Positions 51,895-58,995 of a stretch of DNA of 64,000 bases are shown here, in pieces (position 1 is the first letter of the stretch; each line of letters opens with the position of its first letter). The notes under the pieces are model-generated. The model was given only the letters and a program-made list of their open reading frames with translations. It ran no database searches and was not told where the DNA came from. This DNA comes from an uncultured Acidobacteriota bacterium (GTDB taxonomy: Bacteria > Acidobacteriota > Thermoanaerobaculia > Multivoradales > SZUA-115): the NCBI GenBank assembly GCA_963805975.1, contig CAWDVR010000004.1:416001-480000 (forward strand). The letters run 5' to 3'. Made by a program: the position numbers and the translations under genes.

Positions 51895-52563
51895 ATGCGC
51901 TCGGAGAAGCTGACGACTCTCCTGCTGGTGGGCCTCTTGGCTCTCCAGACCGTCCTCTTGGGGGCCCTGCTGCGCAGGATCGGCGCTCTCGAGCGGACCG
52001 TCCTCACCGTGGTGGCGGGCGCGGCTCAAGGGGCCTCGGAAGTAGCGGAAGAGGCGACGGCGGTGGAGGTGGGGCAAGGGCCGATCCAGGGGGCTGCCGG
52101 GGCGCCGGTCACCATCGTCGAGTTCTCCTGTTTCACCTGCCCGGCCTGCGCCGACCTCCAGCCCGAGCTCAAGCGCACCCTCTCGCTCCATCCCGGCGAG
52201 GTCCGGCTCGCCTTCCGGTACTTCCCGTTGCGGCTCGAGGGCAAGCCCATGCTGCTCGCCAAGACCGGGGAGTGCGCGCGCCGGCAGGACAAGTTCTGGG
52301 AGACCCACGACCTGCTGTTCAGCAAGAGCGACGAGATCGAAGGCGAGGCGGAGCTGCTCGAGGCCGTCAAGCCCCTCGGCCTCGATCTGGAGCGGCTGGC
52401 GCAGTGCCTCGCCTCCGCCGAGGCCGAGGCGAGAGTGCGGGAGGACTTCGAAGCGGGCCGGAGCTACGGGGTGACCGGCACTCCGACGCTCTTCGTCAAC
52501 GGCAAGCGGGTCCTGGGCTCGGACCCGCGGATCCTCGATCGGCTCGTCGCCGCGAGCCTCTAG
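51895..52563 (+). CDS. Membrane-anchored DsbA-like thiol-disulfide oxidoreductase
   Basis: N-terminal TM; GAAGAPVTIVEFSCFTCPAC; FRYFPL; cis-Pro loop GVTGTPTLFVNG. Confidence 0.88.
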   Translation: MRSEKLTTLLLVGLLALQTVLLGALLRRIGALERTVLTVVAGAAQGASEVAEEATAVEVGQGPIQGAAGAPVTIVEFSCFTCPACADLQPELKRTLSLHPGEVRLAFRYFPLRLEGKPMLLAKTGECARRQDKFWETHDLLFSKSDEIEGEAELLEAVKPLGLDLERLAQCLASAEAEARVREDFEAGRSYGVTGTPTLFVNGKRVLGSDPRILDRLVAASL

Positions 52564-52633
52564 AAAGCACGGAGCCGGAAGGGACGTCCCGCGGCTCTTG
52601 CCGATCATCCACCCCGACCCAGGAGGAAATCCG

Positions 52634-52894
52634 ATGCCCGCCACCAGGTCCCGACTCGTGCCCTTCGCTCTCGCGACCCTCTTGGCCTTCTGCATGGTTC
52701 TCGTCGGGCTGTCGTTCGCGCCCCCGGCGACCGCCGCGCAGTGCACGCCGCCGGCGCAGAAGACCACCTACGGCTGCTGTAGCTGCAACATCAAGAAGGC
52801 GATCTACTGGCACTGCAACGAAGCGGGCAACTGGGTGCAGTCCGGCTCCGCGTGCCTGTACGGACAGTGCTGCGCCTATCCCTGCTGCGTGTAG
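52634..52894 (+). CDS. Secreted 10-cysteine peptide precursor (86 aa)
   Basis: RBS AGGAGG; ~35-aa Sec signal ending ATAA; predicted mature QCTPPAQKTTYGCCSCNIKKAIYWHCNEAGNWVQSGSACLYGQCCAYPCCV; codons almost all G/C-ending. Confidence 0.8.
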   Translation: MPATRSRLVPFALATLLAFCMVLVGLSFAPPATAAQCTPPAQKTTYGCCSCNIKKAIYWHCNEAGNWVQSGSACLYGQCCAYPCCV

Positions 52895-52971
52895 GGCGGC
52901 GCCCGCTGGCGCTGGGTGGGTGAGGCCGAGGCAGGCCCGATCGCCGGGCCTGCCGAGGGTTCGTCCCCTGT

Positions 52972-55707
52972 TCACTCCTCCCGCAAGGTCAACGCCGGAT
53001 CCACTCCGGCCGCCCGTCGTGCGGGTATCCAGCACGCCCCCAGGGCCGCGCCCAGCATCAGGGTCGAGACGCCGAGGAAGGTCAGGGCGTCGGTGGGTTG
53101 GACCTCGAAGAGCAGGCTGGCGAGGAAGCGGGTGAGGAGGAGGGCACCGGCGATGCCGACGGCGAGGCCCGTGGCCACGACCCGCATGCCCTGGCTGACG
53201 ATCATGCCCAGGACGCTCGCCGGCTGGCCGCCCAGGGCCAGGCGAATGCCGATGTCCTTGGTGTGCTGCTGGACGAAGTAAGACATGACGCCGTAGATGC
53301 CGATCATGGAGAGCAGCAGGGCGACGACGGAGAACGCGACGGCCATGGCGGAAAGGTAGCGCGGTACTTCGAGGGAGCCCGCCGTGAGCTCCTCGATGGT
53401 GGCCACGTCGGCCAGCGGCAGGGCCGGGTCGAGGTCGCGGACGATCTGGCGGATGGCGGGCAGCACGCTCGCCGGGTTGGCGGCGGTGCGCACCAGCAGG
53501 TAGCGGAAGCGCGCGCTGGCTCGGACCATGGGCTGATCGAGGCCGCGGCCCGCCATCGGCCAGTAGACGGTGCCCTCCATCGGCTTGTCGAGACCGCTGT
53601 ACTTGACGCTGGTCACCACCCCGACCACCGTGGTCCACGGGCAGGTGGTGCAACCCCCGTCGCGGAAGCGCTTGCCCACCGCGTCCTGGCCAGGGAAGAA
53701 GCGCTCCGCCCAGGCGCGATCGACAATCACCACGGGCTGGGGATCGAGGCCGTCCCGCTCGTCGAAGGCGCGGCCGGAGAGCAGGGAGATCCCCATCAGC
53801 TCGAAGTACTCCGGCGTCACCGCTACCCAGGGCGCGGTGGGCTGGGACTCACCGGCAGGCGTGGGCGCGTCCTCAAGGTCGAAGTTGTTCTGGTTGCCGA
53901 CGTCGCTGGGCGGCCGTCCATCCGCGAACGCCACGTGTGCCACGCCCGGCAGCGCTGCGATGCGCGCCGTGGCCTGGTCCCAGAAGGCGGTGACGTCGCT
54001 CGCCTCGGGGTACTGGCTCGCGGGCAGGAGGAGGCTCGCGGTCGCGATGTTGTCGGTGTCGAAGCCGAGGTCGACGCGCTCGAGCCGCGCTAGGCTTCCG
54101 GCGAAGAGGCCGGCGGCGACGAGGAGCGGGGTCGCGACCGCGAACTGCACCGCCACCAGGGCGCGCCGGAGGCGACGGGGCCGGGCGGAGGCGGTGGCCG
54201 AGCGCCCCGCCGAGCGCAGGCTCTGCTCGGAGCGCGACCTCGCTCCTTCGAGCGACGGGATGAGCCCGAAGAGCAGCCCACTCCCCAGGGTGACCGCCGC
54301 CAGGAAAGCGAGCACCGGGCCGCCGAGGCCGATCTCCTGGGTGCGCGGCAGGTAGTCGGCGGCGAAGGCCCTGAACAGCTGGATGCCGCCCACGGCGAGG
54401 CCGAGCCCGACGGCGGCGGCGCCCAGCGCCAGCAGGCCGCTCTCCGCCAGGAGCTGCCGCAGGATCGTGCCGCGCGAGGCGCCGAGCACGCTGCGCAACG
54501 CCAGCTCCCGGTCGCGCTGGGTGGCGCGCGCCACCAGCAGGTTGGCGGCGTTGACCGACGCGATCACCAGCACCAGCCCCACGGCGGCGAGCACGATCAC
54601 GAGCGTTGTCCTCACTTTGCCGACCACCTGCTCCTGGAGGCCGATCAGCGCCCAGGAGGTCTTCTCGTCCTGGTACGAGGCTTTCCAGAGGGGGAAGATC
54701 CGGCGGTTGATGGCCGCGAGCTCCGCGCCGGCGGCGGCCGGCCCGGTCCCCGGGCGTAGACGCCCCAGGGCGGCGATCAGGAAGGGGCCCCGGCGCGGCG
54801 GAGTCTCCCAACGCGCCACGGTGAAGAGCTCGCTCCGCTGATCGAGCGGCCCGGCCTTTTGGGGAAGCACGCCCAGCACCCGGTGCTCGGTGCCGTTGAG
54901 CCGCAGGGTCTTGCCGACCGCGGCCGGGTCCGCACCCAGGTGCCGGGCCCAGAAGCCGTGGCTCACCACCACCGTGGGCTCGCCGCCGGGCACCGCATCG
55001 GAACGGTCGAAGACGCGGCCGTGGAGCGGTGCCACCCCCAGCAGCGGGAAGTAGGTCCAGGTCACCTCCTTGGCCTGTACTCGCTCGGCTCCCTCGTCGC
55101 GGCTCACGGTCAGCATCGAGCCGGTGTAACCGGCGACCTGCTCGAAGCTCGTCTGCTGCTCCTCGAGCGCCAGGTAATCGGCGACCGAGAACGGCCGGCG
55201 GTAGGGCGGCGCGTCGATGTAGATGCGCACCAGCCGCTCCGGCTCGGCATAAGGCAGGGGCTGGAGCAGCACCGCATGGACGACACTGAAGAGGGTGGTG
55301 GTGGCTCCGATGCCGAGCCCCACCGTGAGCACCACGGTCGCCGCCAGCACCGGGGCCTTGGCCAGGTTGCGGAAGCCGTATCGCAGATCGCGCCAGAGGT
55401 TTGCCATGGGTTCTCCGGGGCCGGAAGGAGCCGGTGGTCGGCCAGCTCGTCGTCGGGGTGGGTGCTTGCGCCGCGCGGGCGTAGGCCGCAGGCGCTCGCG
55501 CAGGAGGCGGAACGGGTACTGGCTGTACTGCCTGGAGAGCCAGGCCGCGGCGGCGCGGTCGCCTTCGCTCGCCCGCCGGCGTTCGTAGAGCTCCAGGAGG
55601 TCGCTCATCATCATCTGGCGATCCGCCGGGCGCATCAGGCAGGCGAGCGCCCATCGCACCGCGAGCGGCGGCTGCGGCAGACCGTCGGCGATGGACCTGT
55701 AGCTCAT
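52972..55707 (-). CDS. ADOP/MacB-like duplicated ABC permease
   Basis: DLRYGFRNL..LGIGATTTLFSVV..PLPYAEPERLV; ASVNAANLLVAR; IGIYGVMSY..IGIRLALG; PARRAAGVDPALTLREE. Confidence 0.92.
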   Translation of the reverse strand: MSYRSIADGLPQPPLAVRWALACLMRPADRQMMMSDLLELYERRRASEGDRAAAAWLSRQYSQYPFRLLRERLRPTPARRKHPPRRRAGRPPAPSGPGEPMANLWRDLRYGFRNLAKAPVLAATVVLTVGLGIGATTTLFSVVHAVLLQPLPYAEPERLVRIYIDAPPYRRPFSVADYLALEEQQTSFEQVAGYTGSMLTVSRDEGAERVQAKEVTWTYFPLLGVAPLHGRVFDRSDAVPGGEPTVVVSHGFWARHLGADPAAVGKTLRLNGTEHRVLGVLPQKAGPLDQRSELFTVARWETPPRRGPFLIAALGRLRPGTGPAAAGAELAAINRRIFPLWKASYQDEKTSWALIGLQEQVVGKVRTTLVIVLAAVGLVLVIASVNAANLLVARATQRDRELALRSVLGASRGTILRQLLAESGLLALGAAAVGLGLAVGGIQLFRAFAADYLPRTQEIGLGGPVLAFLAAVTLGSGLLFGLIPSLEGARSRSEQSLRSAGRSATASARPRRLRRALVAVQFAVATPLLVAAGLFAGSLARLERVDLGFDTDNIATASLLLPASQYPEASDVTAFWDQATARIAALPGVAHVAFADGRPPSDVGNQNNFDLEDAPTPAGESQPTAPWVAVTPEYFELMGISLLSGRAFDERDGLDPQPVVIVDRAWAERFFPGQDAVGKRFRDGGCTTCPWTTVVGVVTSVKYSGLDKPMEGTVYWPMAGRGLDQPMVRASARFRYLLVRTAANPASVLPAIRQIVRDLDPALPLADVATIEELTAGSLEVPRYLSAMAVAFSVVALLLSMIGIYGVMSYFVQQHTKDIGIRLALGGQPASVLGMIVSQGMRVVATGLAVGIAGALLLTRFLASLLFEVQPTDALTFLGVSTLMLGAALGACWIPARRAAGVDPALTLREE

Positions 55708-55717
55708 GCGGAGCGCC

Positions 55718-56050
55718 TCATCCCGCCTCGTCCGTCGAGAGGTCGAGCCCCTCCCACAGGCGCACCAGAGCGCGGCGGGTCTCCCTCAGCCTGCGCAGGG
55801 CCTCCGTGGTGAGCTTGAAGTAGCGGCGGACGCGCCAGCCGTCCCGCCCCGCCTGCTCGTCGAAGCGCGAGGTCACGAGGCCTTTCTTCTCCAGGCGGCT
55901 CAGGATGATGAACACGGCAGCCTGGGCGACCTCGCGGCCGGTGCGCTCCTCGAGCTCGAGCACCACCGGCACGCTGTAGGCCTCGCCGCCCAGACGCAGG
56001 ATGGCCAGCAGCACCTGATGCTCGAGCTCGCCCAAGGTCTCTTTTGCCAT
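55718..56050 (-). CDS. PadR family transcriptional regulator
   Basis: LGELEHQVLLAILRL..LSRLEKKGLV..RRYFKLT; directly upstream of the ADOP permease. Confidence 0.88.
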   Translation of the reverse strand: MAKETLGELEHQVLLAILRLGGEAYSVPVVLELEERTGREVAQAAVFIILSRLEKKGLVTSRFDEQAGRDGWRVRRYFKLTTEALRRLRETRRALVRLWEGLDLSTDEAG

Positions 56051-56063
56051 CTCGCGTCCTTGG

Positions 56064-56076
56064 CTAACAATGTTAG
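56064..56076. promoter_or_regulatory. Putative PadR operator
   Basis: Palindrome CTAACA-A-TGTTAG, 13 bp upstream of the padR ATG. Confidence 0.6.
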
Positions 56077-56151
56077 TGGCAGCGTAGCGAGGAGATCCAT
56101 CCCTGTCAATGCTCTGGCGTCGGGCGAGGATTTGATTCAGGCTTGCGCGCC

Positions 56152-57237
56152 ATGGCGACTCGTCGGCGCAAGAAGACCCAAGCACCGGAAGCCGCCTTCA
56201 TGGCACCGGCCGAGGCCGCGCAGGCCGCGGCCCTGCGGCACGTGAGCGACGAGCAGCCCGGCATCCGGCGCCGCCGGTCGGGCAAAGGGTTCTCGTACCT
56301 GGGCGCGGATGGCAAGACGATCCGCGACGCGCCCACGCTCGCCCGCATCCGGGCGCTCGCCATCCCTCCGGCGTGGACGGAGGTCTGGATCTGCCCCTTG
56401 GCCCACGGCCACATCCAGGCCACCGGCCGGGACGCACGCGGCAGGAAACAGTACCGTTACCACGCGCGCTGGCGCGAGGTGCGGGACGAGACCAAGTACG
56501 CGCGCACGGCGCTCTTCGGCAGCACGCTGCCGCGCATCCGCGCCCGCGTGCGGGAGGATCTGGCGGCGCCGGGTCTGGCACGGGACAAGGTGCTGGCCAC
56601 GGTGGTGCAGCTCCTCGAGACCACGTTCATCCGCGTCGGCAACGAGGAGTACGCCCGCAACAACGGCTCGTTCGGGCTCACCACGCTCCGCGACCGTCAC
56701 GTCGAGGTGAAGGGCGTCACCGTCCATTTCCGCTTCTACGGCAAGAGCGGCAAACGGCACGCGATCCGGGTGAGCGAGCGGCGGCTGGCGCGGATCGTCG
56801 AGCGCTGCCGCGACCTGCCGGGGCAGGATCTCTTCCAGTACCTCGACGAGGAAGGCAAGCCGCAGCCCATCAACTCGGCGGACGTCAACGAGTACGTGCG
56901 CCGGATCTCGGACCAGGACTTCACGGCCAAGGACTTCCGTACCTGGGCGGGCACTCTCCTGGCGGCGCACGACCTGACGAGCACGGGCTGCGCCGAGACC
57001 GAGGCGGCGGGCAGGTCCGCCGTGGTCCGGGTCACGGAGCGCGTGGCGAGCCGGCTCGGCAACACCCCGGCCGTCTGCCGCAAGTGCTACATCCACCCCG
57101 CGGTGCTCGCGGCCTACCAGGACCGCGTGCTCTTCGAGCAGTGGCAGAAGGAGAGCGCCAAGAGGGCCCGGAAGGCAGCGCTCAGCCGCGAGGAGGCGGT
57201 GCTGCTCCGGTTCCTGGCGGCGTGCTCCGAGCGCTGA
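56152..57237 (+). CDS. DNA topoisomerase IB (bacterial, poxvirus-like)
   Basis: IPPAWTEVWIC, GRDARGRKQYRYH, IRVGNEEY, GKSGK, TAKDFRTW, LGNTPAVCRKCYIHP. Confidence 0.93.
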   Translation: MATRRRKKTQAPEAAFMAPAEAAQAAALRHVSDEQPGIRRRRSGKGFSYLGADGKTIRDAPTLARIRALAIPPAWTEVWICPLAHGHIQATGRDARGRKQYRYHARWREVRDETKYARTALFGSTLPRIRARVREDLAAPGLARDKVLATVVQLLETTFIRVGNEEYARNNGSFGLTTLRDRHVEVKGVTVHFRFYGKSGKRHAIRVSERRLARIVERCRDLPGQDLFQYLDEEGKPQPINSADVNEYVRRISDQDFTAKDFRTWAGTLLAAHDLTSTGCAETEAAGRSAVVRVTERVASRLGNTPAVCRKCYIHPAVLAAYQDRVLFEQWQKESAKRARKAALSREEAVLLRFLAACSER

Positions 57238-57351
57238 CGACAGGGCGAGCCCCGACGGCAACGGGACTGCTCCAAGCGGCCGAACGGCTGTGGTATTGTG
57301 TGCGGCGCTCCGCGGCGCCCGCTGCTCAGGCGCCGCGAACCTCGACAGCAG

Positions 57352-57428
57352 AGGCGCTTAGCTCAGTTGGTTAGAGCGCTACCTTCACACGGTAGAGGTC
57401 ATCGGTTCAAGTCCGATAGCGCCTACCA
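57352..57428 (+). tRNA. tRNA-Val (CAC)
   Basis: Acceptor AGGCGCT/AGCGCCT-ACCA; anticodon arm CTACC-TTCACAC-GGTAG; T-loop GGTTCAAGTCC. Confidence 0.95.
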
Positions 57429-57431
57429 TTC

Positions 57432-58088
57432 TCAACAGACCCCACACGACCAGGCATAGAGGGCGCCCGAGGCGACCACGCCCCCGGTGCAGCCGATGCA
57501 GGCGTGCTCGTCGACCGGGCAGACCGGGCGCCAGGTCCGCTTGCAGGTGCTGAAGAGGGCACTCTCGCAGGTCCTGTAGTTCGGCGCCGGCAACCACTGG
57601 AGCGCGCCCTCGCACCCGCGCGGGCAGGCGTAACAGCCCCGGCAGCGGCTGAAGAGCCGGGCCTGGATCGCCCCAGCGCCGATCTCCGTCGTGAGGTCGA
57701 CGCGCGAGACGCTGGTCGTGGGCTCACCCGGCGCGGGGCGCGCCTCGGCCGGCTCCTCGCCGGTCAGCACCTTCACCTGGCCCTGAATCGGCGTCACCAC
57801 GCTGCCGTCGGGCATCAGCCAGGTGCCGTCCGCCTGCACCTCGGCCTCTACCGCGGCCGCGGCCTCGGCCTCGTGACCGGGGTTGATGACCAGCGTGCGG
57901 TGGACCGGGTCCCAGAACACCAGCAGTTGGGCGTCGATGGCGACCTGTCCGGAGTCCCGGTCGATGCCCCAGCCGGCCGACTTGTCGAGGGTGTCGGCGG
58001 GGGAATCCTCGGCGTTGGCGCCTACGGCTGCGACGAAGATCAGTGCTACGGCGATCAGTGAGGCCAGGGGCCAGCGAGTGAGTCTCAT
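57432..58088 (-). CDS. Secreted protein with acidic N-terminal region and C-terminal 11-Cys domain
   Basis: RBS GGAGAG; signal peptide ending ANA; C-terminus CRGCYACPRGC..TC..TC..VC..CIGC..CGVC. Confidence 0.72.
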   Translation of the reverse strand: MRLTRWPLASLIAVALIFVAAVGANAEDSPADTLDKSAGWGIDRDSGQVAIDAQLLVFWDPVHRTLVINPGHEAEAAAAVEAEVQADGTWLMPDGSVVTPIQGQVKVLTGEEPAEARPAPGEPTTSVSRVDLTTEIGAGAIQARLFSRCRGCYACPRGCEGALQWLPAPNYRTCESALFSTCKRTWRPVCPVDEHACIGCTGGVVASGALYAWSCGVC

Positions 58089-58183
58089 GACTTCTCTCTC
58101 CTTCCGACACGGGTCGGGATGGGGCCCGGCGGCGGGGAGCCGCCGGGAGCTGGCCGATACGCGTAGAGCCGGCGAGATCGGGA

Positions 58184-58909
58184 TCAGTGCCCTTCGAGGG
58201 CGCTCATCAGGGAGGCGGAGAGGCGCAGGCAGAAGAGACCGTAGGGATGGGTCTCGGTGACGCACGAGTAGCTGTCCTTGAGGACCTGGCCGTCCGTCTC
58301 CGCGAACAGCAGCGCGGTGCTGAGGCCCGAGTCGGGCAGGCTCGCCGGATCGGCAGCCGTCCATTTGCCGGAGGGGTTGAGGGCGAGGTCCAGCCAGAGC
58401 TCCGAGACCTGGCCCGTGCCCAGGTTGGCCATGCGCAGCACCACGGCCACGTAGAGGGTGCCGGCGAAGAGAGGGGGCAATCCATCCCTTCCGTTGGCCA
58501 GGTAGAGCCGGGAGACCGGCTGCGGCACCGCGGAGTTCAGCCGCACCGTGTAGCTGAACGTGCCGCAGGACCCTCTCCAGGGTGCGGGGTTCTTGAGGTC
58601 GAAGGCGCGCGGGGTCACCAGCACCTCGGTCACGTCTCCCAGCACCGTCGTCGCCAGCACCCCCAGCGGCAGGCTCGACGCCCAGGGGCTGTGGGCCCCG
58701 CCGTCGTTGGTGACCGGCAACTGCGCGTCCTGCGACCCGCGGGGCGTGGGGTCGAGCTCCATGCAGGCGGGGAGCCTCACGCCGAGATAGGAGGGCGTCG
58801 CGTCCGTGAGCTGGAGCGGGATCAAGCCCACCATGTCGGCGGCGGTGGGTTGAGCCGCGGCACCGGCGACGAACAGAAGAACCGCGAGGCGAAGGGATGC
58901 TCTTTTCAC
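58184..58909 (-). CDS. Hypothetical secreted protein
   Basis: RBS AAGGAGG; GTG start; signal peptide MKRASLRLAVLLFVAGAAAQPTAA. Confidence 0.7.
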   Translation of the reverse strand: MKRASLRLAVLLFVAGAAAQPTAADMVGLIPLQLTDATPSYLGVRLPACMELDPTPRGSQDAQLPVTNDGGAHSPWASSLPLGVLATTVLGDVTEVLVTPRAFDLKNPAPWRGSCGTFSYTVRLNSAVPQPVSRLYLANGRDGLPPLFAGTLYVAVVLRMANLGTGQVSELWLDLALNPSGKWTAADPASLPDSGLSTALLFAETDGQVLKDSYSCVTETHPYGLFCLRLSASLMSALEGH

Positions 58910-58995
58910 GGCTGGAACCTCCTTGGGGCGGCAGCCTCTCGGGTCGACCGAAGGCTTCGGACCGACCATACGCGCAAAGAGTGCAGCTCAGGGGA

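Noticed and set aside
52634-52894. Cys-rich peptide as a lanthipeptide, ranthipeptide or thiopeptide precursor
   Set aside because: It has a Sec-type signal and no radical SAM, LanM/LanB or YcaO gene nearby; disulfide formation is the simpler reading.
52972-56050. ADOP permease as the dedicated exporter of the Cys-rich peptide
   Set aside because: Convergent orientation, its own PadR control, a family that is highly expanded in Acidobacteriota, and the peptide already has a Sec signal.
56152-57237. Tyrosine integrase next to tRNA-Val(CAC)
   Set aside because: The motifs are those of bacterial topoisomerase IB, not a phage integrase.
57352-57428. Second tRNA as a mere att-site duplicate of the first
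   Set aside because: It is full length with a different anticodon and compensatory stem changes, so it is a distinct gene.
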